Below the pieces are notes generated by a model. The model saw only the letters and a program-made list of their open reading frames with translations. It searched no databases and was not told the origin of the DNA. From NCBI RefSeq assembly GCF_009914755.1, contig NC_060937.1: 64,000 nt of DNA, one strand, 5' to 3'. This stretch comes from the human T2T-CHM13v2.0 reference genome, Homo sapiens. This document shows, piece after piece, positions 14,889-29,378 of the stretch. Within the stretch, counting starts at the first letter, position 1; each line of letters begins with the position of its first letter. Both the position numbers and the translations under genes were made by a program.

Positions 14889-15262
14889 TGTATTAGTTTC
14901 TTCTCACACTGCTATGAAGAAATACCTGAGACTGGGTAATTTATAAAGGAAAAATGTTTAATTGATTCACAGCACTGAATGGCTGGGGAGGCCTCAAGAA
15001 ACTTACAAAACGTCATGGCAGAAGGCAAAGGAAAAGCTGACACCTTCTTCGTATGGTGGCAGGACAGAGTGAGTACAAGAAGGGGAAATGCCAGATGTGT
15101 ATAAAACCATCAGATCTTGTGAGAATTCACTCACTACCGTGAGAACAACAGCGGGGAAACCGCCCCCATGATCCAATTACCTCCACCTGGTTCCACCCTT
15201 GACACATGGGGATTATGGGAATTACAAGAGATTTCAAGAGGACACAAAGCAAAACCGTATCA
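14889..15262 (-). mobile_element. MSTA/THE1-type MaLR LTR
   Basis: aaatacctgagactgggtaatttataaagg; cccccatgatccaattacctcc. Confidence 0.88.
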
Positions 15263-15500
15263 GGGGCACTCTTCATTATTAATTGTAATTTTTAATAAAA
15301 GTATTACTTCCGCGTGGTGCATTTTTTTATACACTGGTATTTGTTTAATCCTCCTTGCATAGCCCACTGCTTAGAATATAGTAAAAGCATTGTAAGTACA
15401 TGTTCGTTTTAATAAATAATGTTAAAATATTGAAGGTGAATGAGTCTTACATAATTTACTAATTTAATTTCTCTTATTTTAAAATCTTATTATATTCATT

Positions 15501-15854
15501 CAGTCCTCCCTCCATATTTATGGGTTCTGCATCCATGGATGTAACCAAGCTCTGATTAAAAAAAACTTATAAAATGCAATAAAAATAACTCAAATAAAAA
15601 ACAATACAATAAAACAACTATTCATATAGTTGTATATATAAACATATATAAATAGCATTATATATGTAAATGTATTACATATATAATGTAATATATATAG
15701 CATTACATATATAAATAGCTTTACATATAAATATAGCATTACATAAAATAAATATAGCATTGCAAATACTACACCATTTTTGTATCTATAAGGAGAATTT
15801 TGTATCTATTAGGGGTCCTAGAACCAATCACTACATGATATCAAAGGATAACTG
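15501..15854. mobile_element. MER2-type (TcMar-Tigger) non-autonomous element with internal TA-rich expansion
   Basis: cagtcctccctccata...gggttctgcatccatggat and gggtcctagaaccaatc...ggataactg termini. Confidence 0.7.
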
Positions 15855-15941
15855 CATGGTTTAAATGGTAACTTTTCATTAAACAAAATAGTCAGTGACC
15901 TAGAGTAATTAATCACATCTCTGTTTGTGTGTTTGTTTATA

Positions 15942-15944
<3 letters not shown>

Positions 15945-15976
<32 letters not shown>
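15945..15976. repeat. (TG)n microsatellite (mirror (CA)n at ~53474-53505)
   Basis: Direct reading; same length in both arms, as the translated THTH run is identical. Confidence 0.95.
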
Positions 15977-15978
<2 letters not shown>

Positions 15979-18900
15979 CTTCAAGCAAAATGTGTTCCAT
16001 GTATCACAACCTATGTAAATGTTTAGTTTAAATAGGTATTGTAACTGAAAGCCAGTGAAATAAATAATGAAGTATTTCTGATTGATTATTTTTTAGAAAT
16101 ATTAAAATAGTCATTTAAAACCTAATTCAACAAGAAATAGCCAGATGTTCAGAAATGAATAAAGAAATTTCATAGGATGACTTTTAAAAATTGGTTTCTG
16201 TATCCAATTTCATTAAAATGTTTGAACAACAAAACTCATATTTTCATAGAAGATATAGCATCATTTTGTTAAAAATTACCCAACTTCAAAAATTGTCTCT
16301 TATGAATAATAATAAGTGTACAATTTACTTTCTAATGTTACAAATGCTGCAATGTATAAGAAAGCTTGAACGTATAAAGAAAACAGAAAATTTATATTTG
16401 AAAAAAAGGAAATTTGTATCTATGTCAGTATAATTTTTAGGTTTAATTAAATAAAAATAAGCTGGTGAAAAATAAAACCACACTGACTTATTTTGAATTC
16501 ATATATATGCCAAACTATATCATTATAAGAAAAATATTAAACAAAAACATAAAACTGACCAATTTATCATGTGCAGAGCACCATCTCAACAAAGTTATTT
16601 ATTAAAGCTGCATGAATTCCAAATACCCATATGAGGTATAATTGTAGCTGCTAATAAGTAACTACATATAATTCAAAACTATTATAACCTAGCTGTCTAA
16701 TGAGACAGTAATTTCTTCCTCTGACAGCTTCATTTTAAAGAATTCACATTATTTATGCTCCATCATGGATTATAAACTATGAAAAGGTTAAATTATAATG
16801 AGTGCCGATTTTATTTCACTGCAAAGGGCAGAGAATTTATAAAGAATGCATATTAATTTAATTACTCCTCTAATAATAATACTATGCACATGTGAAGAAG
16901 ATTAGCTCAGAAGAAAGTAAGTCTGAAAGCCCAATGGAAGACAAAGCAATATGAAGAGGCTATAATAAATTGTTAAATGGAATTTGACTTTGACTCTTGA
17001 CTTAATAACAGCAACATATTAGCTTAGGTAAATGCATCAATCATGATTTTTTTTCATGTAGGATGTATCAGTCAGGATAGAATGGTTGTGTTGTGCTAAC
17101 AATGGATATGACACGACTGAATTATATCTCTCAGTTCCAAGCATTCTCAATCTTCCAAAGGTTATCTTAGCATTTTAGTTAGGTTCCTTTGGTCTCCAGG
17201 GCACCTACTCATAAACGTATATTCACATGGACTGGATCTGGATAATCAAGGATGAGGAATTAAACGCTTCTGCCCAGAAATGAGAGCTATTACTTTTGCT
17301 CATATTCATTGTCACAAGCAATTCATTTCACTATGGCCTAACTTAAAAAATACAGGAAAGTTCACTCTTTCCAGCTGCCAGAAAAGGAAGAGAACCTGAT
17401 GTGTGGTTTACTTGTGATATCATTTACTCTTCCATGTTTTAGAAATTTTGCTATATACTTAAGTTTGTTAGGGATAACATACTTAATTGAAGAATACAAT
17501 TTTAAAGTTAATCACCCAATGGTGATGAAAATCATGCACAATATTGCATGATTCTTTCAAAGTGAACATTTCTTGAAAGTTCCATGACTTTAAAACAGAC
17601 AGCCTAGAGCTGACGGCATTAATTTGCCATTTGGCACTTTAAATTGACTATTAGTAATCTTTGATTTTCAAAAGATAAGTGTCTTTTTTTACAATTAAAT
17701 CAACGCATTTTTGAAAATCAGATTTAAAAGTTGTAGTTATGACAGAAAAAGGCATTTAAAAAAATTTTCTTAGGAAAACGTAATTGCAATAAAGTTAAGA
17801 CGGCACTTTAAGAACATTTGCTTTTCAAATATAGTCAATCAAAAGTTTTATCCAAATGCCTTAATATTATTACAACCACCAACCTATTGCAAAATGTACT
17901 GATTTAATTAAATGGTAAGAGAATCATTTAAAATTGCTCCTGAAAAATCTACAATTTAGAAAATAAATAATTTATCATTACTGCATATTAATTGAAAATC
18001 ATTTTTATTTGTGACATTATGTAATTATGTACTTGAGTTAAATTTTTCAAAAAAATCTTTGGTGAACCTGTATTAATTTATAATGTGAAAAATTATGGTT
18101 TCATATTCATACTATAGAAAACTTCCTGTAGTATCATAGCCCAATGATATGCATGAACAAGATATTAAAGCCAGCTGCAAAATTAACCTTTGCTCTTATG
18201 TAATATAGCAAAACATTCACTATTTAGAGGTGAAAAGCCTGCCTCTACTTATTCTAATTTCATCGTATACTATATTGTTGATACTGGCAATTATCTTCTT
18301 TCTCTATTATATTTCAGAAATTGTATCTATAAAATAGTTTCCGTTTATTGTGGACTACGAGAAGTCTACTTTAAAGATAGCATTCGTAATTTAGTTGTTT
18401 TTTGAACTTTTATTATAAATATTAATCCAAAATCTTATAAACTCTGGATTTCAATACTATTCAACTAACTTATATTCTACATATTCTTCATTGCTTGAAC
18501 GGAATGGTAAAATTAACAACAATAACAGCAATAAATTATAGTAACAAAAGGAGAAGAGAAAAAAGTGAAGGATATATGATGGGTAAGATGAAGAAAAAAA
18601 TTGAACTTGCCAGTCATCAATGACGAACTTTTCTTCTGTGCTCTATGGGTTAAGAAAATCATCTATATGAATTTTAGTTGGACCTTATAAATTATTTTGT
18701 TCAGTGTATTAACATTTAAATTTATTAAAGTTTTAATGTATGCTCTACTATTAACTAAGCATTTAAAACATGCATCCAGAATGAAAACTTTCCTTATAAT
18801 TTCTTCACATGGAAGAAAACTAACCTTTTTGGTAAATTATACAGCACACTCTTTCTATCTATATCCTACTAATCTGACAAATTATCGAACTTTCAATCAG

Positions 18901-21489
18901 AAAACCACCACATAAACCATAATATTGAATTCAGTAAAGTTTTTGATGTTAAAACAAGTGGAGAACCAACTAAAGAAATGAATTATTAATGTAATGAAAG
19001 TTTCTGACAGGTGGTAAAAGCCCTAGTGTTATGAAGATCAATGTACAGACATCCTTCAGATGTCAAATCTTGTTCCTAACAGAAACATAAACATGTTTGG
19101 GAAATATGTATTAAGGAACAAAAAATTACTTTATCCACATCTAGGCTTTAGAATATATCTTTTAGCTAAAAAACGAAAATATAGATAATACAATCTATAA
19201 TATGTTCACATAAAATAGGATTGTATTTTGTATTTTCATTGAATGTATTTTTATTTTATATTTTTCTCCATTTTAAAAGACACAAAAATACTCAACAAAA
19301 ATAAATTTAAAAAATATTTCCCAAAAGAAAGTTTAATAATAAATACTAGAAAACATATATAAGGCTTTTATTCCTATTTCAAAGCATTTTATGTTTTCAG
19401 GTTTAAAAAAAAGTCATAAAAAGTGTACATTTTTCCAGAATTTTTGAATTTGCACTTTTACAAGACTAGAATGGCATCCTTCATTAGAGTAATTTTACAT
19501 GGTTGAGATATTTGTTTAAAAAATTGAAGTTATAAAGAGCATTAGAAACAGCAATAACTCTTGATTAATATCCACAATCCTACTATCAACTTGTTAGTCT
19601 GGTAGATGAATCAGTAAAATTCAGAAGTTTTTATAAATTACTGGGAAGAAACCCAATTCTATTGCAAAGCAATAAAGAATTAGATTTAGTGATATTTTTA
19701 AAAAATAACTTTCCTGAGCCTTTTCAATATATCTTAAATGTGTTATTTAGCCCTTCCAATAAGCCCATTTGTAGATATTATCTTCATTTAGCTGTTATTA
19801 TAACAACTGTTAAAGTCATATTTAACATTACTGTCTTATTTCATCCTCACAGCATCTCAATGAGAGGATTGGTATTAATTTCCTCATCATTTGATTGACT
19901 GATAATCAGCTTTCATCATTTCATAGGTGAGAACACTGAGGCATAAAGAGGCTAGAAAACTTGCCTGTGTCACACAGCTAATTTTTGGCCACATAGGCTT
20001 GAAGTTCTGCCTAGGAATGACATTATTCTTCTCTGAATAGTAATCTTTACTTAGACTCTTAAATATCCTCCACAATTTTAAAAAGCATTTGCCTTAATCT
20101 CTTTCTCCTTCTTATCGCTCTATCCTTCCCCACTCCCCTTCTTTCTGTATGAATGGATAAGTCTGAGTTTGATTTTAGCACATTTAGCACTTTGAGTTAT
20201 CTTTATGACATGGAATACCTAGGAGTGTTTAGAATAAAGGATCAATAAACAAATATAATATCCTTCTGAGTTCTACTCACATTCTTTAGATACAAATGTC
20301 TAAGAACAAGTTTTGATGCCTGTCAATAGTTATGCCCTTCTGAGTTAGAAAGACGTAATATAATCAAATATTTTTTCATATATTTTATAAACTCAATACC
20401 AAGAACAAACAAATGAAAGAAAAGTTTATTAATATATCCTATCCTTATCCATGCATTGGATATTTTAAAATATACTCTTTTCTCATTTTAGACTACTTGC
20501 CCAGAAATATATCTATCTTCTAAAATTATATTCATAAGTAATTATTAACATACTTCAGGAACAAGGATCAAAGTATATCACCTTGTTTTCTGCTGAGAAG
20601 TAAGTCCTGAAAATGTAATGGTGGCATTCTAGTCCAGGAAGCAACGCTTCTGCTTTTTCCACAGTAAGCAGTTATCAGTATTTCTGAGCAGCCACAGTGA
20701 TTACAGACACACTCTGATAAAGGTTTCACTATTTTCAGACTCTGGCCTGATAAGTCAAGATATCGAGTTTTGTCAAACTGCTGAGATATTTAGAAAGTCA
20801 GCAATCAGATTCACTAAGTAATCCTTTATAATAGCAACAAGACTCCTAGGACACTTTCTTTTTTGAGTAGGTTTAGGTGAATCATCTGGTTTAGCTTGAC
20901 CTCTTGTCTTCTTGTACCAGCTAAGACAGATTCCTAATTTAAAAATACCTGGGGAGTAAAATCGGTAGCATCTGGAAGGGAAGGCTTTGTAGCATCTGGA
21001 GTGATGAGAGCTTTTGATCCCCATTTCCCTGTAGGTCTCTGACTTTGCAATTACATTTGAAGGACTTCTCTGTTGAATAATAGTCCCAGTCAAGGTGATA
21101 TAATCATAGACAGGGGGAGAGGAAACAAGGGAGGAATAAAAAACCAAAATCTTCGAATGGAGACTTTGATTTTCTTTGTTATTATAATACAATAAAATGA
21201 TTGTTTTTCCTGGCTTAAACACTCTTACTTATTTCAGTTAGGTGCCTTGACTCTTATTAGGCATTTCACAAATAATCTTTATCTGTTGTGTTTTTAAATT
21301 GTATAACCCCTGCCAAGTTGAAAGCACACACCTTAACAAAGAATTTAGGCAACTAAACCTTTCTAACAGCTTCATCAACCATGGAGGTTGGCCATTCTAG
21401 TCATTTCCACATTTGATTGCTTTATTTTATAATTATAGAAAAAGTTTCCGTTAATCATTGGCATGTTTTCAGTGACAAGTAGCAAGGAC

Positions 21490-22150
21490 AAAAATCAAAG
21501 GAAAAAAAAATGATGGGAAGGGCGTAGTGTACCCAGGGATTGCTTTACTGAGGAGCAGGTATGTGAACAAAGAACTGCAAGACGCCAGGTAGCTAGGCAG
21601 GTATATGTCTGGGAAATAAACTTTTGAGATGAAGAGAAGAGCAAATTCAAAGAACTGGAGGCAGAAGTGTGCCTGACATTTTTGAGAAAGATTGAGGTTA
21701 GTGAAACTGAGCCGAGTGAACAAGTGGCAGAATGGGAGGAATTGAGATAAAGGCTCGGGAGGAAACAAAAGCGCTGGATGTTCTGGGATCTTGTAAGGAC
21801 TGTGGCTTTTACTGTGAGAAGGTGTGAAGCAAAGGAGGGGCAAGATCTACTTTTGAAGAGAATCACTCAGACTGCTGGATGGAAAATAGACTGAGGAGAG
21901 GTGATAGCACAAAAGAAGAGTGACAGTTCAGAAGGCAATCAGTGACCCAGAGATGCTGGAGACTTGGGCCAAAGAAGTAGTAGCTGAAGTTTTGAGATGT
22001 AGATGGATTGTTGATATAATTTGGAATTTTCTATGAATATATGAATAGATTTGATGACCAACTAAATGTGGGGACACAAAGCCTAGGGTGATTCCAAGGT
22101 TTTTGGCCTGAGAAACTGGAACAATGAAGTTTCCATTTATTGAGATAATG
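21490..22150 (-). mobile_element. L2 fragment
   Basis: ggaggcagaagtgtgcctg, gtaaggactgtggcttttactgtgag, gattccaaggtttttggcctgagaaactgg and ttccatttattgagat are typical antisense L2 motifs. Confidence 0.8.
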
Positions 22151-22225
22151 TTGTTGGATTGTCCTAAAAATATACATTATCCATGGTGATTAAAATGATG
22201 CCGAGAAAACTGGTGCTTAAAATTA

Positions 22226-22520
<295 letters not shown>

Positions 22521-24111
22521 TTACTTTCACAAGTGTGTCTGTTAGCATTGAAGAAATAAGCCCCCTTGAGTGTGTTTTACCATGAGTGATAAATATTTTA
22601 TACTTGTATTTATTCGTAAAGCAACTCAAGACATGAATGTGTATTTTTTTCTAATAGAAAACAAAATATGACCTACCTCAGACAAATGTAAAATATAAGT
22701 TATCTGTGCTGTCTTTTGCATCTTTTTCTAGAGTTTTTTCAAAGAAACATTATGCTTGAAATGGACTTTTCTATAGCAGCTTATTTCTTTGTTTTATCTA
22801 GTGAAAATTAAGTTCAATATATATATTTGAATTGATAATACACATAAAACACTGTTTTAGGTGCCAGGTAAATTTTTGTTAAAGAAACCATTTAATCAAG
22901 TGTCCACTGTAATAGAAGCATAGATTAGGTAAGTATGACATTACATGTTTCTTGGATCCAAGAAATAGAAAAAATAAGACCTGCAGTATTCCGGTTCAAA
23001 GTATTCCTATTACAAACCTACTGACATAATGAACAGAGGACTTTATATGACAAGACTTCACCTTGATAGATACAGATCCATTTGTGGTCTCTTACACAGC
23101 AGTGTTCAATGACAATTTTGAACAATTTAAAAATCAGGCCTCATTATTACCTTCTGATTTTAAACAAGTAATTAAACTGCTTTCAGTTTTTATTTCTTCA
23201 GATGTAAAGAAAAGAAACTAAGGGATATCCAGTCAATAGAACAAATTGAACCAATATTAAAGGATTGTTTTCCCCATCTCATTTGTCTAATTTCAGATTA
23301 AAATACTGAAGCAAATAATGAAGGAAAATAAGTTTTAATACATATTTGCATCTGAGACTACCTAAGATGGGCTAATCAGCTACTCTGGATTGACCAATTC
23401 TTATTCCCAAGGTTTCTGGGAGCCTGACAAGACTTTTGGGCCAATGCTATGAAATATATGGAATAGAAACAAATAATGTTTTGTGATCATAGATCTGTGA
23501 GTTGTTTTGGGAGCAGACCATACCATCCTAGCTATTTATTAACAGTAATTGAATGTGTGATTTTAAACTTATGTTTAGTGAAGCCTGAAAAGTTTTGATA
23601 GATAAGGCTTGGTCACATAGCTGGAATGTGCTTACACAGCCAGCTTATATAAGAAATCAGGGCAGTCTTTGGACTTCCTGGTACAAAGTGCATTGCAGGT
23701 ACGCTGGTGATGGTTTCAGACATGGAGGTCCAGGAAACCCAACAGTATGAGGAAGAATACGTCTGTGCCTTAGCTGTCAGGACACATTTCAGTGCATATC
23801 CTTTTCCTGATACTGCTGTACCGAGTACCTTGCCTATATAGGAAAGCTGTTCCACAAGTATGAAACCTTGTGGGCCCAGTGATTTGCCTTATAGTCATTA
23901 ATGCACAATTAAAGCTAAAACCAAGGCAGGTAAATTCCAGGTTCCAGAAATAAAAATCGAATCTAAGTCAGAAGAGTAGGTAAAGCTAACATTTCTCTAG
24001 ATCTTAAGAATTGGACATGGGTTTCTGAAGTTTGAATGCCTCTTATGAGGAGAGAAAGAATGTAATTGTCCCACAGTCAGACATCATGGCTATGATTTTA
24101 GGATCCCATCC

Positions 24112-24575
24112 TGTAAGACAGTTGTCTGGATGGGCTTGGACCAAACCAGTTTTATTCCCTTTCTTTCTTGTAGTTCTCAAGAATAACTGTAGAATGTGCT
24201 GGGAATGCAACACCTTGAGATTATGGGAAGATGCCTGAAACAGCCCAGGATCTCTTCTAATTCCCCCTGGATATGGGATGACTTTTATTCTGGGGATCTC
24301 ATTGCCCCAGAATAAAAAACTTAGGATGGGCTGTTTTTCAGACTCCCTCAGCTACAGTGCAAGGGGGCACACACACAGGAGACTCCATCTGCCCCAAGCA
24401 GTGTTTCTGAAGCTTAGGGGACTGGCTCACATTGATTCTCAGGGTTCTGTTGTCCCTTTCTGCCTATCTGTAAGTATTAATAATAAACTCACTCCATGTA
24501 ACTTGTATACATGGGTGTTCTGTCTCACCAGACCCAGACAAGTTGGCAACCAGTGCACAGTGAACCTGCTTCACA
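24112..24575 (+). mobile_element. Solo ERV LTR (LTR47-like)
   Basis: TG...CA termini, 5-bp TSD catcc/catgc, AATAAA near 3' end, motif aataactgtagaatgtgctgggaatgcaaca; subfamily name from memory. Confidence 0.65.
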
Positions 24576-27500
24576 CATGCTGATTTGGCCTTTTATAGAG
24601 GAGAAAATATATGAACCCAGCAGCCACCCCAAAAATTGTCTGCTGAAACATCATGTTTCCAGATAAAAGAATCATTTAATGACTTGCAAGGTACTCTCAT
24701 TGTGTCTCAACTTCTCCACACTGACCATTGTAACTAGTTAGTATCTATTGTAATTGTCAGGATATCCTTCTGTTCCTTAAATATGCCACTCTGAATTTGA
24801 AGAAGAAAGTTTAAGGAAGAGGAAGAAGTGTTAACTTTATTTGTCCTGTGGTGTGTGGTGTGTGTATGTGTGCGTGTGTGTGTCTGCACACACAAGTGTG
24901 ATTGTCTATGTCTTGCTGAGTTTTACAGAGATTAATCTTTTGTGATCACCAGGTTGTATGGCAGAATTTGACACATGTTATTCTATTTAGCTGTTCTATG
25001 GTAACCTGGTGTGGTTAGTATAATCTCTATGTTAAAGATCAGTAAATGGAAGCAGACAGAATTTAAGAGGCACCTCACAGATGACATAACTTGTTAGTGA
25101 TTTGGCTATGACTGGGATCCAATTCCAAAGTTTTACTAATTTACCATTCTATTTAAGGATAGGAGGGAGTTACTCGAATCCATGTACTGGCTCAACAATA
25201 TTTTCAGAGAACTAATGTTGCTTCTGTTCTAAAACTGAAAAATCCAGTATGCAAAATATGGCAAATACATTGAAAAAGACACTGGAAATTAGCCAGTGAG
25301 TTTGAAGGATTGAAATGCTGTACCTTGTTTTAGTTAGGGGAGTATTGCTATTGCTATTTTGTTCATTTTTTTGAACTCAAAGATATTCTGTAGCTAGTTT
25401 TATTCTGTTGTTAAGACTGTAACAGAGCCAAAGAAGGAAAAAGCATACAGAGTGCTGCTTTGTTGTTTAAAATAATTCACTTTTAAATATTAGGGCAGAG
25501 AAAACAGGAGACATAGCCCTTTGGGTAAAAATAATCAATAAGAATTATACTTCCTTCATGGACAAGTGTGTAGATACTGAAAGTAGCCAGTTTAAATGAA
25601 TCATGGTGTCTAGGTTTTGCTCCTATGAATGACAAAGTCTGATTCTATGAGTAGTATTCCAATCTTTTAATTTTAAAAAATAACTATTTTAGCTCAAGAG
25701 GAAGGTATGTCAGTAGGACTGATGATCTTCCTATTTTCAACAGAATGATGAACCTCTAAAGTTGATTCAAGCTCTTGCACTCTTATTAAAAAGCTCTTGA
25801 CAAAAAGTACCAAGTTTTGAAGCAATCCTACCCTTATGGAGTGATTTAAGAATCTTGGTTTAGAATTATTGGATGCCTATTTTTAGAAGTTCCCTTCTCA
25901 TGTATCTTTATTGATTCAAAGTGTCATTACATTTCTGGAGCTGTAAGGAAATTGTCTGCTCACAATTCAAGGATTCAAGAATGTTCTACTACAGAAAAAA
26001 TCTTGGGTAGTTCAGCTTTTCATTTTCATTGGAACTGAGGGAAATTGCTCAAGTGAAATATAAAGTGCTGAGTTTAAAAAATAGCCTTAAGGTTTTACTA
26101 AGTAGACACTTCATGTATAGTTGACAGAGTTTCTAGGCAAATATTTAAGTTCATCTAACTACAGGTTATCTATAAGTGGGGAAGAAAGGGAGATGATTTT
26201 GTTTGTGCGTACAAGACAAACACAAAGTAAATATATATATATATTTCAATAAATTAATGAAAATAAATGGCAGAACAACATAAGCTGATAAACATCAATG
26301 CAGCATTATATATATTATCTTTCAAACATATGATCAAGGATGACATTGAATTTCTATAACAATTGCTCTAGCATGAGCTTTAGCTAACAAAATGCACACC
26401 TGCCATACTGGAGCAACCTGGGACCCACTGGTGCATATTGGCTAGATAACAGCCTTATTCATGGCCAAGTGAAGCAATGGTGAGATTAGAAATGCAGCCT
26501 CTATCACTATGCAGTGATAGACATAAAGAACCCTAACATAAATTTACAAATTGTTATGGCATCATTGTTATTAGCAGTGCAAAAAAGAAGTATACAACAC
26601 ATACCTGTGGTTTTAATTGCATTTTATATTTGAACAATTTGTCTATATTTTTCAATCATGTAACTAACAAAATACTTCTATTTCAGTAAATCAAAATGGA
26701 AAGAGGAGAGAATATATGGACAGAAATATTTTTACATTAGCACAAGAAGCTGCATGGCAGATTTAGAAAGAAGAGTGATTTCTCAGCAAAATACTAGTAT
26801 GGGCAACAAGGTGAGAATAAAAGCTTCAAAAAACTGGCAACTGCTTATGAAAACTGCTATGAGTTATGCAATAAGATTCAAAAGGTATTCTACATGCAAT
26901 AAAATTTTAAAATCTCTGATTGAAGGAGTGTGTTTTTGTGATATTTGAGTGAGCTGTCAACAAAGATGTAAGTACTCTACAGTAACTAAGCAGACAGTTA
27001 GAGGTTCACACACTTAAGGATGAGCAGCTCAGTTATACAAAAAAAAAGTCTAAGGACTGAGTAATTTTATAATATAGCTAGACTTCAGGTTTAGCAAGGA
27101 GCAAATAAAGCCATAAAAAGTTGATAGCTGGAGAGATTAAAGTTGGAGGCAGCAGGTTGTAGAAAAGAGAGCTGAGAAGTATAAATTTTTGAAAAGGACA
27201 GATAGAAAGTAATGTCAATGTGTTATCTAAGTGCTTATACTTACACCAACAAAGCTTGTTAATTTTAGGAAAAATATAAAAGTAGAGAAGTAAGTAATGG
27301 GTTAAGGTAATACCAGTAAGATGTAACAAATAAAGCTTGAAATGTAGTGTCCTAGTTCAATAAATACTCATTTCTAACTCACATAAAGACTGACTTCTAA
27401 ATCATTTACTGAGTTCAGGTGTCACATTTAATGTCACACCTAAAGATATCAAGTCTTGAATTCTATTTTTAGGAAAACTGACATCCTAATAGGGGATGGG

Positions 27501-28049
27501 TAAATAGCAAGTGTATTATAAATCAATTAGATTTAGAAATAGATAAAAACAAAAGATACAATAGGAAATAAACTAGGCAATTTCTGAACATTTAAATATA
27601 TTTACCTTGAAGAAAATATGCAAATTTTTGACATAGTATTGAGGGGAAAGTAAGTTTCCTTGTCATGAACAGATGTATCTGTGAATAGCCTGTGGTGAAA
27701 TCATGTGGCAAAAGGGGAATATGTTCTGACTGATGGGATATGCAGCAGCACAAGACAATTCTTTTTCCAGTCCCCTCTACTAGATGCCTCTACTCTCTCA
27801 TGGTTTTGCCTCTGAGAGAGATAGATCTGAAATAATAATAGTAGTTTAGAGTGAAATTAACTAATACCTAACTACAACTGCAACTAATACCCCAGATAGA
27901 GCTTCCTGAATGGAAAAAGTCAAGACATCCCCTAACACTTGGAGATAACAATTTATAAAATGATTTTCTCTACCCTAATAGAGAAACCTTACAACTTACC
28001 ACAACATTAATCAGACTTCTGTCTAATAACAGGGGATCTGAGTTGGAAT

Positions 28050-28938
28050 AACTGAGACTCAGACTTTTTAAATGTCTCTAGAGAAACTTCAGGACAAGAA
28101 ACAAAAGGCACTAAAAGGAAATGTTAGCCTTTGACACTTACAGCAACAACAAACAGTAAACACAGCCTAACTCTTAGATAAACATAAAACCTCACACTAA
28201 AGATCTATTTGCTTCAGTTCCTTTTACCAACACATCATGTTTAGCTTTCAACCACAAATTACAAGCACATTATGAGGCAAAAGAAAACACATAATGAAGC
28301 GATAAAGCAAGTATCAGAAACAGACTCAAATTAGATTTTGGAGTTATCAGACAGGTAATTTAAAATAACTATGATTAATATGTTAAAAGCTCTAACAGAA
28401 AAAGAGAACAACACACAGGAACAGATGGGTAATGAAATAAAGAGAAATGAAAAGTCTAAGAACGGATCAAAGGGAGATGCTAGAAGTCAAAAACACTGTA
28501 TCAGAAATAAACAATGCCTTTGACAGACTCATCAGGGAACAGAACATGGCTAAGGAAAAAATAATTAAGGTATGTCTAATAAAATTTCTCAGACTGATAA
28601 ACAGAGAATAAAATGAAAGAATTAAACAAATGAACAGAATATGTGAGAACAGCGGGCCAGTTAGAAAAGGTACCACAAATGCAAAATTAAACATCAGAAG
28701 GAGAAGAGAGAGGAAAAAAAAAACAAAAAACAGAAGAAATACTTGAGGTAATAATGACTGAAAATGTTCAACTGTGAATATGACTCAAAGCCATAGGTCC
28801 ACTAAACTAATAAAACACTAAGACGGTTAAACATTTTAAAACATTTTAAAAATCGAAACATGAGCATAACATACTCAAACTTGCAGAATTTCAAAGGGAA
28901 AAAGAAAATCTGAAAAAATTCAGAAGAAAAACACCTGT
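28050..28938 (+). mobile_element. Old L1M 5'/ORF1 fragment, ending abruptly at the cassette junction
   Basis: ttggagttatcagacagg, tttaaaataactatgattaatatgttaaaagctct, aaataaacaatgcctttgacagactcatcag. Confidence 0.75.
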
Positions 28939-29378
28939 AGTTCTGAGTCTTCTCTTTCATGTGGTTACTTTGGAATGTTCACGGCACATAATACAATCGG
29001 TATATTTACTGATTGTGTATTGGTGAATTGGTGCTGGCTCTCAGTTCCCGCCTCGCGGCGGGGGGGGCCTGACCACCCCTGCGATGGGTGTCCTAAGAGC
29101 CAGGGGGGGAAGAGGGGCTGGCTGTCAGTCCCCGCCTCCCGGGGGGTGCCTCCCGCCCCTACGATGGTGGTTCCAAGAGTCTGGGGGGGAAGAGGGGCTG
29201 GCTTTCAGTACCCGCCTCGCGGGGGGTGCCTCCCCCAGGTGCGATGGGGGTCCTAAGAGCCAGGGGGTGAAGAGGGGCTGGCTCTCTGTCCCCTCGTCGC
29301 GGGGGTTGCATCCCCCCCCTGTGATGGGGGTCCCAAGAGCCAGGGGGGGAAGAAGGGCTGGCTCTCAGTCCCCGCCTC

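Larger units (their letters stand above)
8340..18937 (+). repeat. Inverted segmental duplication, left arm (10,598 bp)
   Basis: Reverse complement of 50517-61093. ORF-track proteins are mirrored (e.g. 9501-10043+ vs 59394-59936-, 18697-18915+ vs 50539-50757-). Boundaries read by hand: gtatatttactga at 8340 and gaattcagtaa ending 18937. Confidence 0.97.

Noticed and set aside
20773-21222. 149-aa minus-strand ORF in unique sequence
   Set aside because: Non-ATG start and no recognisable motif or splice context.
28939-28979. Possible third templated snippet (11-bp match to ttccaaagtaa near 12190 and 44577)
   Set aside because: Too short and AT-rich to exceed chance; the source may lie outside the window.
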